A DNA stretch of 20,000 nucleotides from Seison nebaliae (Eukaryota). Below are positions 9,904 through 19,666 of this stretch, piece after piece. A model generated the notes under the pieces. That model did no database searches. It saw only the letters and a list, made by a program, of their open reading frames with translations, and was not told where the DNA came from. How positions within the stretch are numbered: position 1 is the stretch's first letter; the number at the start of each line of letters is the position of its first letter. Where the stretch lies: positions 46,184 to 66,183 of the forward strand of contig JALJEE010000208.1 in assembly GCA_023231475.1 (NCBI GenBank), in the 5' to 3' direction. The position numbers and the translations under genes are program-made.

Positions 9904-11528
9904 ATGTCGATTGGTTAATTCTCCTGTTGTTTGTTCGTAATCATTCGCTTTGTTTGTTGTCAGAATTCCTCCTCCAAAGTGAAAGGAGCAATGCCTTACT
10001 CCAACATCTTTATGCGCAGAAAGATTTCAAAACTGCCAAACGTCTCATTCATGACATAAACGATTCGACGATGAATATGTCGGAACAAGCGTCGAGATTG
10101 GAAGGATTAATTGCGCGGGAAGAAGGCAATTTACATTTGTCATCCGAATTATTTCAGAATTGCATCATACACAATCCACAGAATACGATGACTTTAAAAG
10201 AAGTAGCTAGAAATCTGTTTAATTTCCTTCTTCTCCTCCCTAAACACTTTAATTCATTCCAAGATCGTTACAATCATCAAATACAGCAGCTATCGATGTT
10301 TTCGAACAATGTGAGTCTCGTACGAAATCCAACGAGATGCTCAGTCTCATTCATTATTATAAAGGTTTCTTATTAACATCATTTCTCATTCATTATCTAA
10401 TTAATCATTTCGAATTTAGCTGAAGCTTATTTCAAATGTAAAAAGTTTGATAAATGTTTTCAAGAATTAGATATGGCTCTCAAAGCTAATGAACTCGAAC
10501 AAGCCTATATGCTCTGGCATAAGACGTTGATGCAAAAAGAATCGGAAATGAATGCCATCGCCATATCGAACAAATTGGAAGGTGGTGGCGATATGATTGA
10601 ACCGATTCAACAATCGAAAAGGAAGAAAACATTAAAAACTTCTGCAGATAGCTTATCACGTGGATGTGCCATATTTCCCGAATCATCTCCCTTATTCATC
10701 AGTTTAGGTATTGTGTATATGCAATTGAAATATTATCAGAAAGCCTTCGAATCTCTTTCGAGAGTATTGACATTCCAAAATGAGAATTTATCTGCAATTT
10801 TAGCTCTCGCTGTCATTATGCAACAACATGGTGATTATGAGGTGGCACTGAGTAAATATCGAACGGCTAGTCGAATAATTCCGGAAAGTAGTAACATCTG
10901 GAATAATATCGGAATGTGTTTTTATGGAAAGAATAAATTTGTTGCAGTTCATTTATCTTCCATTCATCAAATCTTCTTTAAAATAACTTCTAAACTTCTT
11001 TCAAGTCGATTGCCTGTTTGAAACAAGCACTTTATTTCTCTCCGTTAGATTGGAAGATTCATTACAATCTCGGTTTAGTACATATTCATGTGAAACAATA
11101 TGCGTCCGCCTTCAATTTCTTATCTGCCGCCTTATCTCTACAACCGAAAGAAATTCAGATTTATCCTTTATTGGGAAGTTTGTAAAATCTTTTTCATATT
11201 CTTCATAAATCGAATGAATTTAATGAATCACTTCCTTTCATAAGTTACTCTCTTCCATTTAGAGAATAAAGAACAATGTATGAAATGTTTCGATAAAGGT
11301 CTGGCGTTAGATAAGAATAATGTGGAGCTGCTCTACAATAAGTATGTGGCGCTAATTAAGATGGAGATGGATGGGAGAAATGTGCTAGATGAGTTGAAAG
11401 ACGTGATTTTGGAAAAGAATCGAAAGAAGATGAAGAAAGATGGGGATACTCAAGATTTTAGAATATTGATTGAAAACTTAAAAATTGATGATTCACTCAC
11501 AGAGAAATTATATTCAATTTATCTTTAA
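9904..11528 (+). CDS. BBS4: Bardet-Biedl syndrome 4 protein (BBSome TPR subunit). Exons 9904-9913, 9964-10216, 10264-10364, 10420-10946, 11006-11177, 11245-11528
   Basis: [120 protein letters not shown] all match BBS4. In-frame upstream ATGs exist from 9781, so the start is uncertain. Confidence 0.95.
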
Positions 11529-11697
11529 CCGATTTAAAATAAGTTGTTATCATTTAAAAATAAAACTCCTTTTTCAAATTCGATTTTACAACATATTCAA
11601 ATTTGAGAAACAAGTGGTTAATATCAGAATCTCATTTTATTTATTTTTTCTTCTTATAATTCTGTTCTTCATTTATTTAATTAAGAAGTTATTTCTA

Positions 11698-12804
11698 TCA
11701 AGTTTCTGTTTCAATGGTGGAAGCGGATGTATAATCAGCAGATATGAATCTCAATGGATCATCATCACTGTGCATTTGGAACATTTCCCTCGATAATTCT
11801 TTTCTTCTTCCTTCCTTATCCACTAATCGTGGAGAAATGTAACTGGTGATCGGGAGACTATAAGTATTTGTATTATTTTGATTCCGATCAGTACTCGAAA
11901 TAAATTCAGATTCAGTCACTACTTCACTAGCTGACACTTCAGTAGTACCTTCGATTGTAGATCTGTCACGATCATCTCCTGACGAAGATTCAATTGGCGA
12001 ATCGGTTTCTGTTTCAGTTGCAGTCACTTCGAACGATGTTTGTATCGTTCCAGTCTCTCGTGCCGAACTATTTGTGGGTGAAATATAAAGTGATGTGTTA
12101 TCAGTTCTAGTAAGGGAGTCTCGTCCAGTTTCATGAATACGAACCTGCAATTTCGGCGTCGTATCTCGAGAACTGGAGAAAATGGCCTGTGTACTTTTCA
12201 AAAGTCCTTTCTCAGGGAATTCTTTTTCCGTTTCATCTTCTGATACTATTTGTTGAGTTTCCTCCTCACTCCGATCAACTGTCGATTCGACAATATCTCC
12301 TTTCTGATCAATTTCTTTAATTCGAGTAATTTTCGAACGTTTTACATTATTGAAACCATTCTCCTCATTCCCGTCCTCATCTAAAGTAACTTCTGATATT
12401 TCTTCCTCAATCTCCTGCTCATATTTCTCTAATAATTGACGTTCGTTATCTTTCGTTGGTGTTGTTGGGAAAACACTATCGGGTGCAGGACTAACTGGTC
12501 GTGGAGGTGGTTGTGGTGGCAAATAAGGTGAATAATTTCGTTGATGTGAAACTTTAATTCGTTGAGATTCACCACCACGGAAACTGGGTCGTGTCAATTT
12601 GGGATCATCAGTTCGAATGTTGCCCGTCGCTATAATGATAACGGCGATGAGGAGAATAACGGTGATGGTTGAAATGATGATAATTGTGGCGATGGCGAAG
12701 AATTCGGATGAGGATAAAGTGCCCTTAGCAGTTACCATAGTTGGAAGGAAACCAACTATAAGTGCGGAAATGTAAATCACCAGATATTTGTTTAACGGTG
12801 ACAT
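11698..12804 (-). CDS. Predicted single-pass type I membrane protein: signal peptide, tiny ectodomain, long acidic S/T/E-rich tail, about 368 aa
   Basis: First ATG at 12804 (MSPLNKYLVIYISALIVGFLPTMVTA), second hydrophobic stretch FFAIATIIIISTITVILLIAVIIIA, then a Pro-rich motif and low-complexity tail. Intronless ORF, no family recognised. Confidence 0.7.
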   Translation of the reverse strand: MSPLNKYLVIYISALIVGFLPTMVTAKGTLSSSEFFAIATIIIISTITVILLIAVIIIATGNIRTDDPKLTRPSFRGGESQRIKVSHQRNYSPYLPPQPPPRPVSPAPDSVFPTTPTKDNERQLLEKYEQEIEEEISEVTLDEDGNEENGFNNVKRSKITRIKEIDQKGDIVESTVDRSEEETQQIVSEDETEKEFPEKGLLKSTQAIFSSSRDTTPKLQVRIHETGRDSLTRTDNTSLYISPTNSSARETGTIQTSFEVTATETETDSPIESSSGDDRDRSTIEGTTEVSASEVVTESEFISSTDRNQNNTNTYSLPITSYISPRLVDKEGRRKELSREMFQMHSDDDPLRFISADYTSASTIETET

Positions 12805-12877
12805 TGATAAATGAGAAATGAAGTAAGCGAACGAAAAGAAAAGAAAAAGAAAAACTTGCAAAATTAAAATTTAGTGG

Positions 12878-12891
12878 GTTGCCATGACATT
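12878..12891. promoter_or_regulatory. X-box-like motif in the divergent promoter of the membrane-protein and phosphatase genes
   Basis: GTTGCCATGACATT has a perfect GTTGCCATG half and a degenerate second half; it lies about 75 nt upstream of ATG 12804. Confidence 0.4.
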
Positions 12892-13085
12892 GAAAAGTTA
12901 CATATAAATCGAAGATGTGGAATGGTAGGATAAAGTGGAAAAAATGTGAAAGCAATGGAAAATTTTTCCGTTTCATATTTTCCCACATTTCTTTCCTTTC
13001 GAATAGGAGGCGTTAATTCTCTCCTCAAATTATTAGTCATTTCACATTTCCATGATTCTCTAATAATCATTTGTTGCATTTGAGA

Positions 13086-15061
13086 ATGGTTAACACGGAC
13101 GCTTCTTATGTCTTGAATCCTGAAGATATTCGTCATTTCCATCAACAATTCACTTCTACTCATCAATGGACAATGAAACATAATGTTCCCCTTTACAACT
13201 CTTCTCATTTCCTTCTTCATCTCATCAACAGGATATCAAACAAATCAGTCAACGAAGAACTTGCGAATTCTCCAACAATGAGTCTCTCGCTAATTTAAAT
13301 CGGAATCGTTATGCCAATGTTCTGTCATGTTCCTCACTATTATTCTCTTTTTAGAATTTCATTTTTCTTTTCTTTTTTTAAGTCGATCATACTCGAGTTC
13401 ATCTTCCACAAACCAAAAATGATTACATCAATGCCAATTTCGTCTATTTCCCATCTGTTGATCAGATTTACATTTCCGCACAAGGGCCACTCGATGGAAC
13501 GATTCATCACTTCTGGCATATGATCTGGAATCTCAACATTAATTGTATTGTCATGTTGAATAATTTGGAAGAGAAAAAACGTGTTAGTCTCATTATTTCC
13601 CTCCCTCTCTCTTTCTCTCTCTCTCTCTCACATTTTACTCACCATTAAAAACGATAAAAAAGTTTTTTTTTAAAAAGATTTCATTTTTGAATATTTTTCC
13701 GGAAATTATCATTAAATGGGAAATTTGATTTTTCTTTTCATTCTTCCAGATAAAATGCGCAATGTATTATCCAAGTTTTGATAATTTGGATAAAAGAGGT
13801 TCCCATTTTGTTTCAGGAAATTTACTCATCAATCTCTTCTCGTTGTCATGGTAACCGATGACCAGATAGCAACATGGACGTCAAGAGTGTTTACGAAGCC
13901 AATAAGAACATGTTCCACATAATCTGCATTAGTGAAATAACGGAAAATGAGAATTATACGATTCGAGAACTTTCCGTCTTCAATTATGAGATGTGTGAAC
14001 ATCGAACAATTTTTCATTGTCATTATGTGAAGTGGCCAGATTTCGGCGCTCCAGTCGTTGATTCCAACTTCCTACAATTTATAGAAGTTGTTCATCGTTA
14101 TGATAGTTTTGGACGAAAAAAAAATAAATTGAGTTCCGTCCCACCAAATTCTTCGAACGAAAAACATTTATGTCATTTTAGTCATCCACCTTTACTCGTT
14201 CACTGTTCGGCTGGTATCGGTCGAACTGGAACATTTATAGTCATCGATCTTTGTATGAAACTTCTCGATCGATTCGTTTCAACATCGAAACAAGATGAAA
14301 CGATGACTAATTTCGTTGAACTTGTCGTTCATTTGAGAACATGTCGAGAAGGATTAATTCAATCACCATCTCAATTAGAATTCTGTGTAGAATTCCTCCT
14401 TTACTTCATTGACAATTATCTAACGGGAAAGAGAAACGAACAAATTATTGACTTCAATTACAAATTACCCACAACTTGCTTAAAGAATGACGAAAATGTT
14501 GAAGAGCCAAATTGTAAAATTTCACATCGACCACAATCAGCGAGACATTCTCAAAAATTACAACGAAATCCATTGACGACTATGAGTATTTTAACTGAAT
14601 TCGAAAAATTGGATGATCATCGTCGAATGTCGATCGGTGATGACGATAATGACGACGACGACGATTTTGATGGACATGATCGACCAACAACTGCCATTTA
14701 TCAGAATGATCCTAAAAACGAAATGGAATTTCCCAAATCTTTGGAATTGGAAGGAATTATCAAAAATTATAAGAAAGCTCATAATTTCGAAGATAAATTA
14801 GAATGGAATATGAATGCTAATTATTCGGAAAGATCGTCATCGGACAACAATTATTCCAAGAGGACATCGGTGGAAAAGTATCAACAGACTACGGAAATGG
14901 TTGATGATCGGAAGGAATTTGAAAATTCCATCAAAAAATTACGGGAAGAATATAAACGAGAGAAATATCAAATGATATTGTTCTCAATGGGAATTGGAAT
15001 TCTATTCGGTATTGGATCATTTTATCTTTCTATTTATATCCGAGAACATCTTTTCTTTTAA
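13086..15061 (+). CDS. PTPN1: Non-receptor protein tyrosine phosphatase, PTP1B/TC-PTP (PTPN1/PTPN2) type with C-terminal membrane anchor. Exons 13086-13184, 13232-13328, 13383-13582, 13750-13798, 13866-15061
   Basis: RNRYANVLSF|DHTRV, NDYINAN, YISAQGPL, FWHMIW, IVMLN, KCAMYYP, KWPDFG, VHCSAGIGRTG, LIQSPSQ. Short N-terminus and hydrophobic C-tail MILFSMGIGILFGIGSFYLSIYI fit this subtype. Confidence 0.9.
13600..13628. repeat. Imperfect (CT)n microsatellite in phosphatase intron 3
   Basis: cctccctctctctttctctctctctctct read directly. Confidence 0.85.
13842..13855. promoter_or_regulatory. Consensus 14-bp RFX X-box inside phosphatase intron 4
   Basis: GTTGTCATGGTAAC matches GTTRYC-AT-GRYAAC. Confidence 0.55.
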
Positions 15062-15658
15062 TTCTGTCTTGTAATCTTTACATCGAATTAACTTATTTCT
15101 TTCCATATTCTTATTTTTCAATCATTTCTATTTAAATTAATCAAGTATTTGAATCCAGTAAATTCATCAAAAATTATCGCCTCTCACTACTAATATTTCG
15201 GTTATTTAAACGAATCAAATTTTCTAATTAAAACTTTTAGTCAATTAGTGTAGTTGTTATTTAGATACAATTCCAACTTGGGAAATAGTTCTCATTTAGT
15301 AATAATAATCTTTATATTTTGTCTGTATGTTTTCATGGGGGAAAATTGAATAATTGATTTCCTAATGGATAATTCATAAACTTTCTTCTCTTCTTGAATT
15401 CATTAACAGGTTCATTATCTTCGACGTTTCGTAATTTCGAATAAAATTCTAATATTCTTTAATGGGAAAAGTACAACAAATAAATTCTCAACTGTTCGAA
15501 GAAATAATTATATATTACAATTAGAATGTTATCGTACTAATGTTCGATGAAAGTCATTGGTGAAAAATTCAACTTGTTTATAAAACTTTTTCCTTCGATT
15601 AATTTTATTGAGATGGTATTAAAAAATAAATTTTTTTAATTAATTGACTTTTTTTCGA

Positions 15659-16315
15659 TTAATCTCTAATTTTTTCTTTCTTCTCAATAAGACGTTCAAA
15701 AGTCTGGATTGGAACTGCGTGACGTAACATCGGTCTCATTCCGAACGGAGTCATTACTGTTCGTAACGGTTGTTGTGGTTGTTGTGGTTGTAGCGGCTGT
15801 TGTGGTTGTTGTGGAAATTGTGATGGTTGCGGTTGTTGTGGTGAACCAATAGCTTGATTTTGATAAGTTGAATAAGTAGCAACTATTTCGTTTAATTTGC
15901 CGAAGACTTGTTGTAACATGGCTTGTAACATTGGCTTAATAACTTGGAGCATAGCCGAACCAAAATCGACTACACCAGGAATCGGATTGATCATATTAGG
16001 ATAAGTGGGTGATGGTGGAGTTGTGCTCATCTGTTCTAACAAATTAGCGAGTTGTCCGATGGAATTAATTTGTCTTTTTGAACGTGGCTTTTCTGTTGCC
16101 TTTTTTCCAGGTAACCGAATACGACCGATTAATGACTGTATTTTTTCGAAGACTTTATTCGTAAATCCAGAGAGCATTGGTCGAAAGAAAGAAAGAAATG
16201 TCTTTCCAACTGCTTTAGCATCAGTCTGACGAACATTCGGTTCTTTGACAGGGAGAGACGCTAAAGAACTAATTGAAATGAGAACGACAAGTGAACAGAA
16301 GATGATTCTTTTCAT
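15659..16315 (-). CDS. Secreted precursor protein, 218 aa: signal peptide, repeated amphipathic helices, furin-type RSKR site, PQQ repeats
   Basis: MKRIIFCSLVVLISISSLAS signal peptide; GKK at residues 70-72; RSKR|Q at 78-82; intronless ORF. Confidence 0.8.
   Translation of the reverse strand: MKRIIFCSLVVLISISSLASLPVKEPNVRQTDAKAVGKTFLSFFRPMLSGFTNKVFEKIQSLIGRIRLPGKKATEKPRSKRQINSIGQLANLLEQMSTTPPSPTYPNMINPIPGVVDFGSAMLQVIKPMLQAMLQQVFGKLNEIVATYSTYQNQAIGSPQQPQPSQFPQQPQQPLQPQQPQQPLRTVMTPFGMRPMLRHAVPIQTFERLIEKKEKIRD
15764..15841 (-). repeat. Coding tandem repeat (ccacaacaa)n encoding PQQ units
   Basis: Repeated ggttgttgt on the plus strand; translates PQQPQPSQFPQQPQQPLQPQQPQQPL. Confidence 0.8.
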
Positions 16316-17294
16316 AATTGATATAAAGAAAATTGTAGTTGAATATTTCGGAAAGAAGATTTATATGACATGACATTCATTGGAAGGAGAACTTGAGTAA
16401 TAAATTAACGATACATATCGAAGCCATTTATAAACAAAGAAATGGAACGAACTTTTCTTCCTATTTCTACATTATTCTTAAGTCGATTAGCAAACAGAGA
16501 GATTATTCGTTCTCTCATCGAATCTCCTTCCCCATCAATGACCAATATCCATCAATACAACTCGTCATTACCACCGTAATAATATCAAGGAAATTTGTTA
16601 ATTTAATTAAAACTAAACATTTTATTAACTAATGATATTAAATACCTATAAATATAATTCATCCACAACATAAAAGAACTAGAAGACAATTATCAGACTA
16701 AAACAAGAAAGAAGTCAAAATATATTTCAAATTTAAAAGCAATATTTCAAAAGTTTGGAGTTCATATCTATAGAGTTCAGGAAGAAAGTAAAAGTTTCTA
16801 ATAAATTAATGTTAATATACATCGAATTTAAATGGTTGAATATTAAATGAAAATATTCCGTTATGAAATTAAAAAAGTCGAATTTCAATTTCCTATCAAA
16901 ATGAATATTTTATCTTTTTTTTGCAAATTCTATCATGAAATGTTTGCAGAAATATCATTCTATTTATGCACAGAAGTTAGATTGTTGAAGTCATCCTATT
17001 TGTCGGTTATAAATAGAATAACGGCAAAATTAATTTGTGTGCGTTTTGAAACATGTCGACACAAATTTAATTTTGAACAAATTTCTGTAAAAAAAGAATT
17101 TTTCAAAAGAGAAATTATATTTTTGTGGTATTTAACTTTTTTTAATTATTATAAAATCAAAATGTCTTCGGGAAAAATTAAAGAAAAAGAATAAGAGGAG
17201 AAATTCAGATAGTTTCAATTTGAGTTGCCGTTTTAATTTTTTAAATCAAAAAAGAATTAAGAACTTTGCAAATTTAAGAATTCTTAAACTGAAA

Positions 17295-17621
17295 CTAGTG
17301 ATAGTCAACTACAACTCTCAAACAGATATTTTTTTGGCAGCATGTTTCGTCGTGCATCCATTGTGCACAAACTTCTGGGATATGATGAGGATGCAACATC
17401 GTCGTAATCAGCTGGCTTTTTTCCATTAGTTCCAACAAGGCGTTCATGACGTCCTTCGAATTAATTGCTTCTTGGACTCCGTGCAGTTTTTTTCCTGTGT
17501 CCGAAGTTCTTTCCAAAAACTCCTCCATCACTTGCGACAACTTGTCTTGATTTTCGTTTATCTGATCGAACCGTGTATTCACCTCCTTGGTGAAATGTGC
17601 CATATTATCTTTAAGGTTCAT
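17295..17621 (-). other. 108-codon coiled-coil ORF abutting the retroelement fragment; origin unclear
   Basis: Heptad-like NTRFDQINENQDKLSQVMEEF, GC content above flanks, and it starts at a duplicated ATGAACCTT 9-mer at the element boundary. Confidence 0.3.
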
Positions 17622-18250
17622 ACAAGGTTCATCTCTAAGGAAAACACGCCAGTATTGAAAGCTTGATTAACAATTTCGAGAAGAATTGCCGATAACTGAT
17701 CTCCGTAGCGTTGGACAAGTTTCGGACAGATCCCGTCGATACCGTGCGCTTTGTTGATTCCAATGGAGTTGATTGCATTGGTTATATCTCTAATCGTGAA
17801 CATATCTGGACTTGTCACGCAATCGGGAATTTGAGTTGAATAATTGGAGTCGATTTCCATCTGTGAACGGAAATGTGATGAGAATTGAGATATTGAAGGA
17901 CGATCTTGCGAATCGGTGTTAGATCTGGCGGGACGAAGACGTGCCCAGATAGTCGACTGGTTCAGAGATGAGAGAAGAGATTTCGCTGATTTCATTCGGC
18001 GGAGACGTCTGACACCATGGCGAAAAATCTTTTTCACACGAATTAGTGCTGTGGATGTTGCTAGTGATGGTGTTGTAAGGGAAATGTGGGATAATCTCGC
18101 GCATTCCATCTGTAGCGGAAGGATCGTGTGAAAGTGTGGAACTCCTGCTGATTACATCTATATTAAAATCTCCCGCGATGATAAAAGGAATCGAATAATC
18201 GAGTTGGCGATGATCTACGCACTCGAAGAACGAAGAGATGGTGGCTAAAT
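17622..18250 (-). mobile_element. Decayed non-LTR retrotransposon, 5' fragment: APE endonuclease motif plus pre-RT region
   Basis: Minus-strand PFIIAGDFNID at about 18190-18157 (APE GDFN motif). In another frame FTIRDITNAINSIGINKAHGIDGICPKLVQ..LLEIVNQAFNTGVF (cf. KAPGxDGI..N...GxFP). Frameshifted and internally shortened. Confidence 0.85.
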
Positions 18251-19038
18251 AACCTAAAGAATTTGAACACGGTGGTCAAGTCGATGAAGACTGAACTCTC
18301 AAAATGAGGCATTTCCTGCAATGACTCCAAATCAAAAATCTTGACAAACTGTCCAGTCACAAAAAAATACAACAATTTTATCGATTATAAATTCGACTGT
18401 ACCATATTCCTTGGTTGTTCTATTGACAACAAAAAGAAAAGCTCTTCCTTCGTTGAGCATATTCGAAATAAGTTCATCAGATAGTTTCACTTACTGTTAG
18501 TTCACCATCGCTGCAAATAGTTTCAATTATTCAAAATATTCTGTTGCGATTTGTATGGATTACAATGTTCAGTGTCATTTTCATTAAAATCTATGCTCGC
18601 ATTAGATCGTGCTTACAATCGCTGTATAAGAAACCTATTAGGCTGTTATCGTCCATTTTCTCGAGCCCTTTATGTTCTCGATTTCTGGGCTTCCTCCTCT
18701 TCCTCTATTGTTAGGGAAAATATTGCTCTATTGCTCTCATGCAAAACATAAAATTATCTGACTTCCGATATCCGACTTACGAACAGTGTGAGTTATTTAC
18801 GAATCCTGTCTATTTTTTTGCCACTATTACGAGATTCCAGTTCCCAACACAGTGGAAGTTGCTGAATCCTTAATATCTAATTTTTCAATCGATAACCGTG
18901 TTCCCGATATTCTTTCTCCATACATCTCTCGGGGCCATCATATTATTTCAAATCCTAATTTCTTTTATTTATTTGAATTCATTCAAAATTGCCCAAACTG
19001 GGATTCGTCATAAATAAAAAAACAAAAAAATATAAAAA
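18250..19038 (+). mobile_element. Decayed non-LTR retrotransposon, 3' fragment: RT subdomains 6-7, thumb, possible A-rich tail
   Basis: One frame from 18257: K*GISCNDSKSKIL..IFLGCSIDN..HIRNKFIR*..K*FQLFKIFCCDLYGLQ..LDRAYNRCIRNLLG, with in-frame stops at 18305, 18482 and 18518. AATAAA and an A-run at 19013-19038. The 3' limit is uncertain. Confidence 0.7.
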
Positions 19039-19309
19039 TTTGGGAATAAATTCTCATTTTGATCGTATTCATCATTTCTTTTTAATTTATCTAATTATAA
19101 CTTCATGTTCTGACTTCTAAAAAATAAGAGTCAATAAATCATAAAATTCTTCGTTTTCAATTAGAGGTTCGTATCAGCAACCAATTCCTGAAGTTACGGT
19201 TCAAATCGGAAGAAAATTCTAATTATTTCTTTCCAATAATCATAATTGAACCAGTCGAATATACAGTCACTCCAGATTATGGGAATGTGACGGTTTTTCA
19301 TTTAATCGT

Positions 19310-19372
19310 TTTATATTATATTATATATTATATTTATATCAATATATTATATATTATATTATATATATTAAT
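19310..19372. repeat. AT-only low-complexity (TATAT)n tract
   Basis: tatattatattatatattatattt.. read directly. Confidence 0.8.
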
Positions 19373-19666
19373 ATGGATTGCTATAACATCAGCTTGGAGA
19401 TAAATATTTCCTGTTAAAATATCATTGATAAATTTCGGGATTAATGTTCTATTATGTTTGTTCTTAATAAACTTCTAATATTTTTCTTTACTTTCTTAAT
19501 TAATAAATGAATGAGTAGTTAAGCTATTAGGTATTAGTAAATTAATTAGTTGTACATTGTGAGAAATGGATGTAACTCTCTAAATAATCATTCAATAAAC
19601 AATAAAAATGAATAAAATAAATCATTAAAATGGATAATGTCATGATGAATTTGAGGTTGTTGTGTT

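Noticed and set aside
245..13865. Non-GT-AG or U12-type introns
   Set aside because: All placed introns keep GT and AG termini, and none has the U12 RTATCCTT donor.
650..16229. Short ORFs antisense to or out of frame with the modelled genes
   Set aside because: Shadow ORFs of real exons or read-through into introns.
16393..17429. Plus-strand ORFs 16393-16632, 16847-17194 and 17220-17429
   Set aside because: F/I/K/N-rich translations typical of chance ORFs in AT-rich intergenic DNA; no motifs.
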